Shown piece by piece: positions 14,154 through 25,000 of a stretch of DNA of 64,000 nucleotides (positions are counted from its first letter, which is position 1; each line of letters begins with the position of its first letter). Under the pieces are notes generated by a model that worked only from the letters and a program-made list of their open reading frames with translations, had not been told where the DNA came from and ran no database searches. This DNA is from Auanema rhodensis. Lineage: Eukaryota > Animalia > Nematoda. The stretch covers positions 9,176,001 through 9,240,000 of the forward strand of contig OZ059894.1 of NCBI GenBank assembly GCA_964057225.1, given 5' to 3'. A program made the position numbers and the translations under genes.

Positions 14154-15284
14154 CTAAAATGATAAAATAATTAAGAAAATAGTTAATCTACATAATTTAA
14201 AAAGCTAAAAAAAATAGAATGCCTTTTTGGCCACTTGAAAGAAAAAGAAGGATGCAGATTGAATTTCAAAACACGTTTCAGTACTATAATAGTTAACTAT
14301 AGTAATGTTAACTATGATAGTATCCACCCATTCACAATTTATTGTTTTGCTAAATTTAATTATAGAGCCCAAAAGATCGTGTGTTTAGATTACCGTTACA
14401 CCAAATAAATTAGTACACGTTTATTACATTATTACAGCCAAACTTCTAGTGTTTAGTGAGCTGTTTATTTGTTGTTGTTTTTGGCGCGAAGTAGGCGCGC
14501 ATTGATTGGTCTTCTTGTCAAAAGTAAGAGTTCCAAATAGAATCTAGAAAGCATAAAAATTCACCTCAAGTGCAGAATTTCGAAGGTTGGTGTGCGTGCA
14601 ATCTTCTCGAGGAACTTTTGAGGAGATTCTTCGAGTTGATAGAAATGATTTTGCACTATTTTGAACGAAACGACTGAGCGAATGAATGACAAACATGAGC
14701 CTAAATTCAACAATTAACATCAATTCAAGGCAAGATGTGAAAGAAAATTAAAAAAGGAAAGAAGGATAACATTCCATGCCCTGTAACAAAAAGAGTGTCT
14801 CTCTCCTTCCTCTGCGTCTCTGCTCAAGCGTCACTCTGATCCCCTTCCACTTTACCACAACGCATTTGCGTGCGTATAGCTCAACTGGGGCAAATGTGTG
14901 ACTGTGCTCAGTCAGAGTGAGGATTTTGTGTTCTTTTTTTTGTTGTTGCAATATTAGTTTTTCCCAACGATGTGTGATTATTTTTAGAGAAAATCAAGAT
15001 GATGAAATCATTTCAGAATGACAAAATAGTACCCAGCCCGATTGAACGCATAAAAAAAAATAAAAGAGTTACCTTAAGTTTGAAGGAAGTTATTCCACAT
15101 TGAACGATAATTTATGCATAAAAATGTCAGAACTTGTGAGAAAATTTTCTCACTGTTCTTTCTTCGATAAAGTGTGACCAACCATCTCGTCCGCTCTGCT
15201 ATAATGTGACCACTCTCACTCACTTTCACCTTACCTTCCATCTTGTTTCTTTGATAGTTGGATAGTTAGAAGTGTTGGAATTTT

Positions 15285-15893
15285 TCATTTTTTGATGACA
15301 ATAGTGTTATCTTTTGAGTTTTGAACTCTCACACTTTTTACTCCATTAAATCTTGCACCTTTTTTAGGATCACTTTTCATATTAATTAAATCGTCTTTGG
15401 TATATTCTTGTGTTCCTTCTACTTGAAATATAGGTTGAAAATCATCATAACATTTCAGATCTTTGATCTTCTTAGATGTATATCTAGAAAGTTTCTGATT
15501 TCCATCTTTTTTAATTTCTAATGTACTGAACATTTTATTCATTTCATCTATTCCTGATTTATCGTTATGTTTTTTACATTGTTCTTTAATTATGTTTTTG
15601 TATTGGTTTTCTCTTTCTAATAGTTGCTCTATTATTTCTTGATTCTTGAAACATTTATATTTGTATACTTGATTTGTTACATATGATTTTTGAAAATTAA
15701 TAAAAACTTGTTTAGCAAACATTTTCATTTGTTCATCTAACATTTCTAATGTATCAATTCCAGCAATTATACGATCTAATGAATATGAACTTGAAGAAAT
15801 CATTTCTTGTAACTCTGGTATTTCAGAAATAACTTTATCTAGACCATCCAGTTCATCCCCTGATGGTAAAAATATTTGCATAGATTTTTCCAT
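15285..15893 (-). CDS. Intronless 202-aa Lys/Glu-rich hypothetical protein, probably Polinton-encoded
   Basis: Long ATG-initiated ORF in very AT-rich DNA; TATATAAATA at 15905-15914 just upstream; no family recognised. Confidence 0.6.
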   Translation of the reverse strand: MEKSMQIFLPSGDELDGLDKVISEIPELQEMISSSSYSLDRIIAGIDTLEMLDEQMKMFAKQVFINFQKSYVTNQVYKYKCFKNQEIIEQLLERENQYKNIIKEQCKKHNDKSGIDEMNKMFSTLEIKKDGNQKLSRYTSKKIKDLKCYDDFQPIFQVEGTQEYTKDDLINMKSDPKKGARFNGVKSVRVQNSKDNTIVIKK

Positions 15894-16070
15894 TACTACT
15901 TTCTTATTTATATAATAATTTAAATCTCAATTTTTATTTAGGGAATCTGGCATGGTAATAAGTATAGTATTTGGTATAGTATTTGGTGCAGTATTAGGCA
16001 TTTGGTAATGTATTAGGAAATGGGAATTTGGTATGGATAAAATTATAATATATAAATAAAAGATTCCAAC

Positions 16071-16475
16071 ATGGAAATTGAAGAACTAATAAACAAACTT
16101 AAAAAATATGATTTCATAAAAAATAGTATTTGATCATTTCAAAAAGAAACAGGTGTAAATCCTAAACCAATAAAGAAGTATCTCACATTACATAACATTC
16201 ATCATAATACAAAAGTTTTCAATGTTGTAATACCAAGAGATTCATCAGGTAAGTATGTCTGTGTTTGTTCTTCGGAACCTTCAGAATCAGCGAAAACAAA
16301 GCTTCCTAGAAATGAAAACTTCCCAGAAATACCTGTGAAACATAAAAAACCAGAAGATTGGAAACCAAGGGAATTCGAAGATTACACATCACCCAAGTCT
16401 TTCAAAGATTTGAATAATAAATACAAACATATCACACAGTCTAATAAAGTTAATCTTCTTGGTGGTAGAAAATAG
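16071..16475 (+). pseudogene. 134-codon ORF with one premature TGA (16131); N-terminus looks like a helix-turn-helix
   Basis: MEIEELINKLKKYDFIKNSI*SFQKETGVNPKPIKKYL... stays open to TAG at 16475; TATATAAATA at 16049-16058. Confidence 0.55.
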
Positions 16476-16559
16476 TTTGAAGAACCGAAATACTTCTACA
16501 TGAAGTAGACAATCCAATTTCTTCAAATGTTCAATTTTTCTTGAGAAGAGATAAAAAAA

Positions 16560-16772
16560 CTAATAACCATAAGGAATAGTATCAATAAAGTTATCATTGA
16601 TTTTCTTGATTATTCTTTTATCATAATCGAATTTATACTGTTTCTCTTGATACCTATTTTCAATTTTCTTTGTTTTAGCATTCCTTGTAATTTTATTCTC
16701 ATCAACTACTACAAGAACTTTATCATCTCTCAGCATTTCTAACATACTTTCATGATTGATGATCTGAGAATT
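16560..16772 (-). pseudogene. C-terminal fragment of a protein-primed family B DNA polymerase (Polinton pPolB)
   Basis: NSQIINHESMLEML...KQYKFDYDKRIIK...DTIPYGY* matches the typical YDKR...T.P.GY end of Polinton pPolB; the upstream catalytic motifs are absent. Confidence 0.8.
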
Positions 16773-16983
16773 TTATTTGAATTATATCAAAATTATTATC
16801 TCTTGGTTTATGTTTTTCAAACACATCATCTTCAAATGAAGGAAGTGTATGATTTATCAGAATTTCAATTAATTGAGACTTTGTTAACTTATTTTGTTTC
16901 ATCTCACTAAAAGTCATAATTTTCAAATTGGCTACAAGTTTTCTAAGTTCATCTCTTGATAGTCTTCGAAATTTTTCTTCCAT
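16750..16983 (-). pseudogene. Short ORF (MEEKFRRLSRDELRK...), probably a gene 5' end fused by deletion to the pPolB tail
   Basis: ATG at 16983 with TATATAAATA at 17015-17024; it runs out of frame into the pPolB fragment near 16772. Confidence 0.45.
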
Positions 16984-17501
16984 TTTTGAGACCTCAGTTT
17001 TGACACTAGACCTATATTTATATAGAATAATTTTTTTCAATAAAATTCTAATTTTTCATATTTTTTGATTTTATACCTTGAGAGTCGAAAATGGGCTGTA
17101 ATCAAAAATGTTTTAAAATGTTAAAACGGTTAAGAGTGTCAGAAAATGCCCTGCATTGAAAAAGATAATTCATTAAAAGTGCGCATATATGCATGAAAAT
17201 CATCAAATAATATCGAAAATCAGAAGTCTGAAAATTGTAACAGCCCTCTGAAATCGTAACCCATGGTGTCATTTGGAGGGTTGTCCCTCAATTTCTTCAA
17301 AATGTGTACTTATTGAAGAAAAATATGATCCTTTGAACAATAAAAAGTGAAATATGTCAGGTTTCAAGAAATATGACGACGCCCTACAGACCCACTATAC
17401 TACTCGAGGCTATTTTTTGAAGAGTTATCAGGAACAGAAAACCATAGTTGAAATCAATTCCAATGTTCAAACTTTGGAATCCTCGAATTTGAATAATACT
17501 C

Positions 17502-17846
17502 CGTTCCATTCGGACTCCCCATATATGTAGCTGAAGGGTTAGAGCCAGACGACCAGAGGACCGAGGAATGGCTCCGCCTTCCCTCGTTCCCTTGGTCGGG
17601 AGTTCGCCTCTTAGCAAGCTCATGGACGGCTTGTAGTTTAGTCTTTATACTTATATTTATCTTATTGTATTGTATCTTTATCTTTGTATATTATTGTTGT
17701 AGTTTCATGCCAATAAATCTTTCTCTCTTTTATCTTATGATTGACCTTATGCTCTTTATTCCTTACCGCTACACCAAGGAATACTATGCGCGTCATAGTA
17801 TAAACTACAATGGTTTATATTATCGACGCAGGAGCATAACGGAACG
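17502..17846 (+). repeat. 5' LTR of element 1
   Basis: CGTTCCATT...GGAACG; direct repeat of 18681-19025. Confidence 0.95.
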
Positions 17847-17867
17847 TGGAGGTTCCACCTCGAACTC
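17847..17867 (+). promoter_or_regulatory. Primer binding site, tRNA-Gln
   Basis: TGGAGGTTCCACC is complementary to the GGUGGAACCU-CCA 3' end of animal tRNA-Gln and is followed by TCGAACTC; it abuts the LTR. Confidence 0.85.
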
Positions 17868-18669
17868 ATCTTTTGAACAAAAATTTGTTTTTATTGTAAA
17901 AGTCCATTTTTGCATTCTAAATTATACTCCCCGAGAAGGCACATATTCACTTTCTGACGACACCGACGAAGATCCGGACTTCATCATAGCCGACGACAGA
18001 AAAAACTTTATATACATTCTTTTCTTTTCTATAAATTGTAAAATGAAAGTAACGGTGAATTAGAAAATTTTTGATGAGAGATTAAGTGAGTAAACAACTA
18101 AAAACAAGGAATAAGCAAAAATATAATAGAAATAAATGACTACCGTAATCCTATACGACCGATAGAGATAATAATTTGCGCTAAACTGAGCTCCATATGT
18201 ATCTCCAAGAAGAGACGAACATTGGCAGGCGCCTAAGCCACACCCCATCTGAGTGGTAGCCTCCATTAGTACTCAAGGATTCATTCAGAGAGACATATGG
18301 AGACGAGTAAATTATTAAATAAAATTATCCCCATCATCATTAGGATACGAGTAACCATGTAACGGAAATGTTTAATAATTCCTTATTATCTCACATAAAT
18401 CACACATTCATGAAACAAAGAATTTTTTTTTATTACAGTACTACAATGACTAAATTTATTTTCTAATCCTCCGTTACAAAATGACATAAAACCTATTATT
18501 GTATTCAAATTCTATCTTAATACCATAAAGAAACCTATTAAAATTATTTATATATCTTTCTACATGTAGATTTTAAAACTTTTAATTTTATTTGTAAACT
18601 CCTAGACTCTAAAACTCAGCTACATATACACTAAAAACACTTTATATCGCGCGGACGCGAAAAATCTTT

Positions 18670-18680
18670 GAAAAAGGGCA
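18670..18680 (+). promoter_or_regulatory. Polypurine tract of element 1
   Basis: GAAAAAGGGCA directly before the 3' LTR; identical in element 2. Confidence 0.8.
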
Positions 18681-19025
18681 CGTTCCATTCGGACTCCCCA
18701 TATATGTAGCTGAAGGGTTAGAGCCAGACGACCAGAGGACCGAGGAATGGCTCCGCCTTCCCTCGTTCCCTTGGTCGGGAGTTCGCCTCTTAGCAAGCTC
18801 ATGGACGGCTTGTAGTTTAGTCTTTATACTTATATTTATCTTATTGTATTGTATCTTTATCTTTGTATATTATTGTTGTAGTTTCATGCCAATAAATCTT
18901 TCTCTCTTTTATCTTATGATTGACCTTATGCTCTTTATTCCTTACCGCTACACCAAGGAATACTATGCGCGTCATAGTATAAACTACAATGGTTTATATT
19001 ATCGACGCAGGAGCATAACGGAACG
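18681..19025 (+). repeat. 3' LTR of element 1
   Basis: Direct repeat of 17502-17846. Confidence 0.95.
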
Positions 19026-22000
19026 ACTCATTACTGAAACCGAAACTAGGATTCAGATGAACGATAGAACTCAGAAAACGAATATTTCAAGGTGTCGGAA
19101 GGTAAAACATTGCCCCGAACCAGGATCGAACTGGTGACCTTTAGATCTTCAGTCTAACGCTCTCCCAACTGAGCTATCGAGGCTATGAGTACACAGCATC
19201 AAGAATTCTTGAAGAGTTATAAGGAACAGAAAACCACTGTTCAAATCAATTCCAATGTTCAAACTCTGGAATCCTGGAAACTGAATAATACTCATTACTG
19301 AAACCGAAACTAGGATTCGGATGACCGAGAGAACCCAGAAAAGGAATAATTCAAGGTGTCGGATGGTAAAACATTGCCCCGAACCAGGATCGAACTGGTG
19401 ACCTTTAGATCTTCAGTCTAACGCTCTCCCAACTGAGCTATCGAGGCTATGAGTACACAGAATCAAGAATTCTTGAAGAGTTATAAGGAACAGAAAACCA
19501 CTGTTCAAATCAATTCCAATGTTCAAACTCTGGAATTCTGGAAACTGAATAATACTCATTACTGAAACCGAAACTAGAATTCAGATGACCGATAGAACTC
19601 AGAAAAAGAATATTTCAAGGTGTCGGAAGGTAAAACATTACCCCGAACCAGGATCGAACTGGTGACCTTTAGATCTTCAGTCTAACGCTCTCCCAACTGA
19701 GCTATCGAGGCTATGATTAGACAGAATAAAGAATTCTTGAAGAGTTATAAGGAACAGAAAACCACTGTTCAAATCAATTCCAATGACTCTGGAATCCTGG
19801 AAACTGAATAATACTCATTACTGAAACCGAAACTAGGATTCAGATGACCGATAGAACCCAGAAAAGGAATATTTCAAGGTGTCGGAAGGAAAAACATTGC
19901 CCCGAACCAGGATCGAACTGGTGACCTTTAGATCTTCAGTCTAACGCTCTCCCAACTGAGCTATCGAGGCTATGAGTACACAGAATAAAGATTTCTTGAA
20001 GAGTTATCAGGATCAGAAAACCACTGTTGAAATCAATTCCAATGTTCAAACTCTGGAATCCTCGAATCTGAATAATACTCATTACTGAAACCGAAACTAG
20101 GATTCAGATGACCGAGAGAACCCAGAAAAGGAATATTTCAAGGTGTCGGAAGGTAAAACATTGCCCCGAACCAGGATCGAACTGGTGACCTTTAGATCTT
20201 CAGTCTAACGCTCTCCCAACTGAGCTATCGAGGCTATGATTAGACAGAATAAAGAATTCTTGAAGAGTTATAAGGAACAGAAAACCACTGTTGAAATCAA
20301 TTCCAATGTTCAAACTCTGGAATTCTCGAATCTGAATAATACTCATTACTGAAACCGAAACTAGGATTCAGATGACCGAGAGAACTCAGAAAAGAAATAT
20401 TTCAAGGTGTCGGAAGGTAAAACATTGCCCCGAACCAGGATCGAACTGGTGACCTTTAGATCTTCAGTCTAACGCTCTCCCAACTGAGCTATCGAGGCTA
20501 TGATTAGACAGAATAAAGAATTCTTGAAGAGTTATCAGGAACAGAAAACTATTGTTGAAATCAATTCCAATGTTCAAACTCTGGAATTCTGGAAACTGAA
20601 TAATACTCATTACTGAAACCGAAACTAGAATTCAGATGACCGATAGAACTCAGAAAAAGAATATTTCAAGGTGTCTGAAGGTAAAACATTGCCCCGAACC
20701 ATGATCGAACTGGTGACCTTTAGATCTTCAGTCTAACGCTCTCCCAACTGAGCTATCGAGGCTATGATTAGACAGAATAAAGAATTCTTGAAGAGTTATC
20801 AGGAACAGAAAACCACAGTTGAAATCAATTCGAGTGTTCAAACTCTGGAATCCTGGAAACTGAATAATACTCATTACTGAAACCGAAACTAGAATTCAGA
20901 TGACCGATAGAACTCAGAAAAAGAATATTTCAAGGTGTCTGAAGGTAAAACATTGCCCCGAACCAGGATCGAACTGGTGACCTTTAGATCTTCAGTCTAA
21001 CGCTCTCCCAACTGAGCTATCGAGGCTATGATTAGACAGAATAAAGAATTCTTGAAGAGTTATCAGGAACAGAAAACTATTGTTGAAAGCAATTCCAATG
21101 TTCAAACTCTGGAATTCTGGAAACTGAATAATACTCATTACTGAAACCGAAACTAGGATTCAGAGGACCGATAGAACTCAGAAAAAGAATATTTCAAGGT
21201 GTCTGAAGGTAAAACATTGCCCCGAACCAGGATCGAACTGGTGACCTTTAGATCTTCAGTCTAACGCTCTCCCAACTGAGCTATCGAGGCTATGATTAGA
21301 CAGAATAAAGAATTCTTGAAGAGTTATCAGGAACAGAAAACTATTGTTGAAATCAATTCCAATGTTCAAACTCTGGAATTCTGGAAACTCAATAATACTC
21401 ATTACTGAAACCGAAACTAGGATTCAGAGGACCGATAGAACTCAGAAAAAGAATATTTCAAGGTGTCTGAAGGTAAAACATTGCCCCGAACCAGGATCGA
21501 ACTGGTGACCTTTAGATCTTCAGTCTAACGCTCTCCCAACTGAGCTATCGAGGCTATGATTAGACAGAATAAAGAATTCTTGAAGAGTTATCAGGAACAG
21601 AAAACTATTGTTGAAATCAATTCCAATGTTCAAACTCTGGAATCCTCGAATCTGAATATTACTCATTACTGAAACCGAAACTAGGATTCAGATGACCGAT
21701 AGAACTCAGAAAAAGAATATTTCAAGGTGTCGGAATGTAAAACATTGCCCCGAACCTGGATCGAACTGGTGACCTTTAGATCTTCAGTCTAACGCTCTCC
21801 CAACTGAGCTATCGAGGCTATGATTAGACAGAATAAAGAATTCTTGAAGAGTTATCAGGAACAGAAAACCATAGTTGAAATCAATTCCAATGTTCAAACT
21901 CTGGAATCCTCGAATCTGAATATTACTCATTACTGAAACCGAAACTAGGATTCAGAGGACCGATAGAACTCAGAAAAAGAATATTTCAAGGTGTCTGAAG

Positions 22001-25000
22001 GTAAAACATTGCCCCGAACCAGGATCGAACTGGTGACCTTTAGATCTTCAGTCTAACGCTCTCCCAACTGAGCTATCGAGGCTATGATTAGACAGAATAA
22101 AGAATTCTTGAAGAGTTATCAGGAACAGAAAACTATTGTTGAAATCAATTCCAATGTTCAAACTCTGGAATTCTGGAAACTGAATAATACTCATTACTGA
22201 AACCGAAACTAGGATTCAGAGGACCGATAGAACTCAGAAAAAGAATATTTCAAGGTGTCTGAAGGTAAAACATTGCCCCGAACCAGGATCGAACTGGTGA
22301 CCTTTAGATCTTCAGTCTAACGCTCTCCCAACTGAGCTATCGAGGCTATGATTAGACAGAATAAAGAATTCTTGAAGAGTTATCAGGAACAGAAAACTAT
22401 TGTTGAAATCAATTCCAATGTTCAAACTCTGGAATCCTCGAATCTGAATATTACTCATTACTGAAACCGAAACTAGGATTCAGAGGACCGATAGAACTCA
22501 GAAAAAGAATATTTCAAGGTGTCGGAATGTAAAACATTGCCCCGAACCTGGATCGAACTGGTGACCTTTAGATCTTCAGTCTAACGCTCTCCCAACTGAG
22601 CTATCGAGGCTATGAGTAGACAGAATAAAGATTTCTTGAAGAGTTATAAGGATCAGAAAACCACTGTTGAAATCAATTCCAATGTTCAAACTCTGGAATT
22701 CTGGAAACTGAATAATACTCATTACTGAAACCGAAACTAGGATTCAGAGGACCGATAGAAATCAGAAAAAGAATATTTCAAGGTGTCTGAAGGTAAAACA
22801 TTGCCCCGAACCAGGATCGAACTGGTGACCTTTAGATCTTCAGTCTAACGCTCTCCCAACTGAGCTATCGAGGCTATGAGTAGACAGAATAAAGAATTCT
22901 TGAAGAGTTATCAGGAACAGAAAACCATAGTTGAAATCAATTCCAATGTTCAAACTCTGGAATCCTCGAATCTGAATATTACTCATTACTGAAACCGAAA
23001 CTAGGATTCAGATGACCGATAGAACCCAGAAAAGGAATATTTCAAGGTGTCGGAAGGAAAAACATTGCCCCGAACCAGGATCGAACTGGTGACCTTTAGA
23101 TCTTCAGTCTAACGCTCTCCCAACTGAGCTATCGAGGCTATTAGTAGACAGAATAAAGATTTCTTGAAGAGTTATAAGGATCAGAAAACCACTGTTGAAA
23201 TCAATTCCAATGTTCAAACTCTGGAATTCTGGAAACTGAATAATACTCATTACTGAAACCGAAACTAGGATTCAGAGGACCGATAGAACTCAGAAAAAGA
23301 ATATTTCAAGGTGTCTGAAAGTAAAACATTGCCCCGAACCTGGATCGAACTGGTGACCTTTAGATCTTCAGTCTAACGCTCTCCCAACTGAGCTATCGAG
23401 GCTATGAGTAGACAGAATAAAGAATTCTTGAAGAGTTATCAGGAACAGAAAACCATAGTTGAAATCAATTCCAATGTTCAAACTCTGGAATCCTCGAATC
23501 TGAATATTACTCATTACTGAAACCGAAACTAGGATTCAGATGACCGATAGAACCCAGAAAAGGAATATTTCAAGGTGTCGGAAGGAAAAACATTGCCCCG
23601 AACCAGGATCGAACTGGTGACCTTTAGATCTTCAGTCTAACGCTCTCCCAACTGAGCTATCGAGGCTATGAGTAGACAGAATAAAGAATTCTTGAAGAGT
23701 TATCAGGATCAGAAAACCACTGTTGAAATCAATTCCAATGTTCAAACTCTGGAATCCTCGAATCTGAATAATACTCATTACTGAAACCGAAACTAGGATT
23801 CAGATGACCGATAGAACCCAGAAAAGGAATATTTCAAGGTGTCGGAAGGAAAAACATTGCCCCGAACCAGGATCGAACTGGTGACCTTTAGATCTTCAGT
23901 CTAACGCTCTCCCAACTGAGCTATCGAGGCTATGAGTACACAGAATAAAGATTTCTTGAAGAGTTATCAGGATCAGAAAACCACTGTTGAAATCAATTCC
24001 AATGTTCAAACTCTGGAATCCTCGAATCTGAATAATACTCATTACTGAAACCTAAGCTAGGATTCAGATGACCGATAGAACTCAGAAACAGAATATTTCA
24101 AGGTGTCGGAAGGAAAAACATTGCCCCGAACCAGGATCGAACTGGTGACCTTTAGATCTTCAGTCTAACGCTCTCCCAACTGAGCTATCGAGGCTATGAT
24201 TAGACAGAATAAAGAATTCTTGAAGAGTTATCAGGATCAGAAAACCACTGTTGAAATCAATTCCAATGTTCAAACTCTGGAATCCTCGAATCTGAATAAT
24301 ACTCATTACTGAAACCTAAGCTAGGATTCAGATGACCGATAGAACTCAGAAAAAGAATATTTCAAGGTGTCGGAAGGTAAAACATTGCCCCGAACCAGGA
24401 TCGAACTGGTGACCTTTAGATCTTCAGTCTAACGCTCTCCCAACTGAGCTATCGAGGCTATGATTAGACAGAATAAAGAATTCTTGAAGAGTTATCAGGA
24501 TCAGAAAACCACTGTTGAAATCAATTCGAGTGTTCAAACTCTGGAATCCTCGAATCTGAATATTACTCATTACTGAAACCGAAACTAGGATTCAGATGAC
24601 CGAGAGAACCCAGAAAAGGAATATTTCAAGGTGTCGGAAGGTAAAACATTGCCCCGAACCAGGATCGAACTGGTGACCTTTAGATCTTCAGTCTAACGCT
24701 CTCCCAACTGAGCTATCGAGGCTATGATTAGACAGAATAAAGAATTCTTGAAGAGTTATAAGGAACAGAAAACCACTGTTGAAATCAATTCCAATGTTCA
24801 AACTCTGGAATCCTCGAATCTGAATAATACTCATTACTGAAACCGAAACTAGGATTCAGATGACCGAGAGAACTCAGAAAAGAAATATTTCAAGGTGTCG
24901 GAAGGTAAAACATTGCCCCGAACCAGGATCGAACTGGTGACCTTTAGATCTTCAGTCTAACGCTCTCCCAACTGAGCTATCGAGGCTATGAGTACACAGA

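Larger units (their letters stand above)
15285..17404. mobile_element. Internally deleted Polinton/Maverick remnant (one terminus only)
   Basis: It contains a pPolB C-terminus and intronless AT-rich ORFs sharing the upstream motif TATATAAATA. It ends in ...CACTATACTACT (reverse complement AGTAGT), immediately followed by tRNA-array sequence. The left boundary was not found. Confidence 0.75.
17502..19025 (+). mobile_element. Non-autonomous TRIM-like LTR element (1524 bp) related to the Gypsy element at 36670
   Basis: 345-bp LTRs that look identical, 4-bp TSD ACTC (17498-17501 and 19026-19029), PBS and PPT. The 834-bp interior is homologous to the 3' UTR and the ORF start of the larger element. 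Confidence 0.95.

Noticed and set aside
13956-14162. Listed 63-aa and 62-aa ORFs as stand-alone genes
   Set aside because: The minus ORF is one retropepsin exon read through an intron, and the plus ORF is its antisense shadow.
14876-14890. tRNA A-box-like TAGCTCAACTGG
   Set aside because: No B box or cloverleaf downstream.
17559-17630. HDV-like ribozyme in the LTR of elements 1 and 2
   Set aside because: A P1-like helix followed by GG is present, but no P3 pairing could be formed.
17384-19137. Short ORFs overlapping the element 1 LTRs and interior (including 18060-18266)
   Set aside because: Most cross LTR or array junctions, several start at TTG, and the 18060-18266 frame is closed after five codons in the homologous part of element 2.
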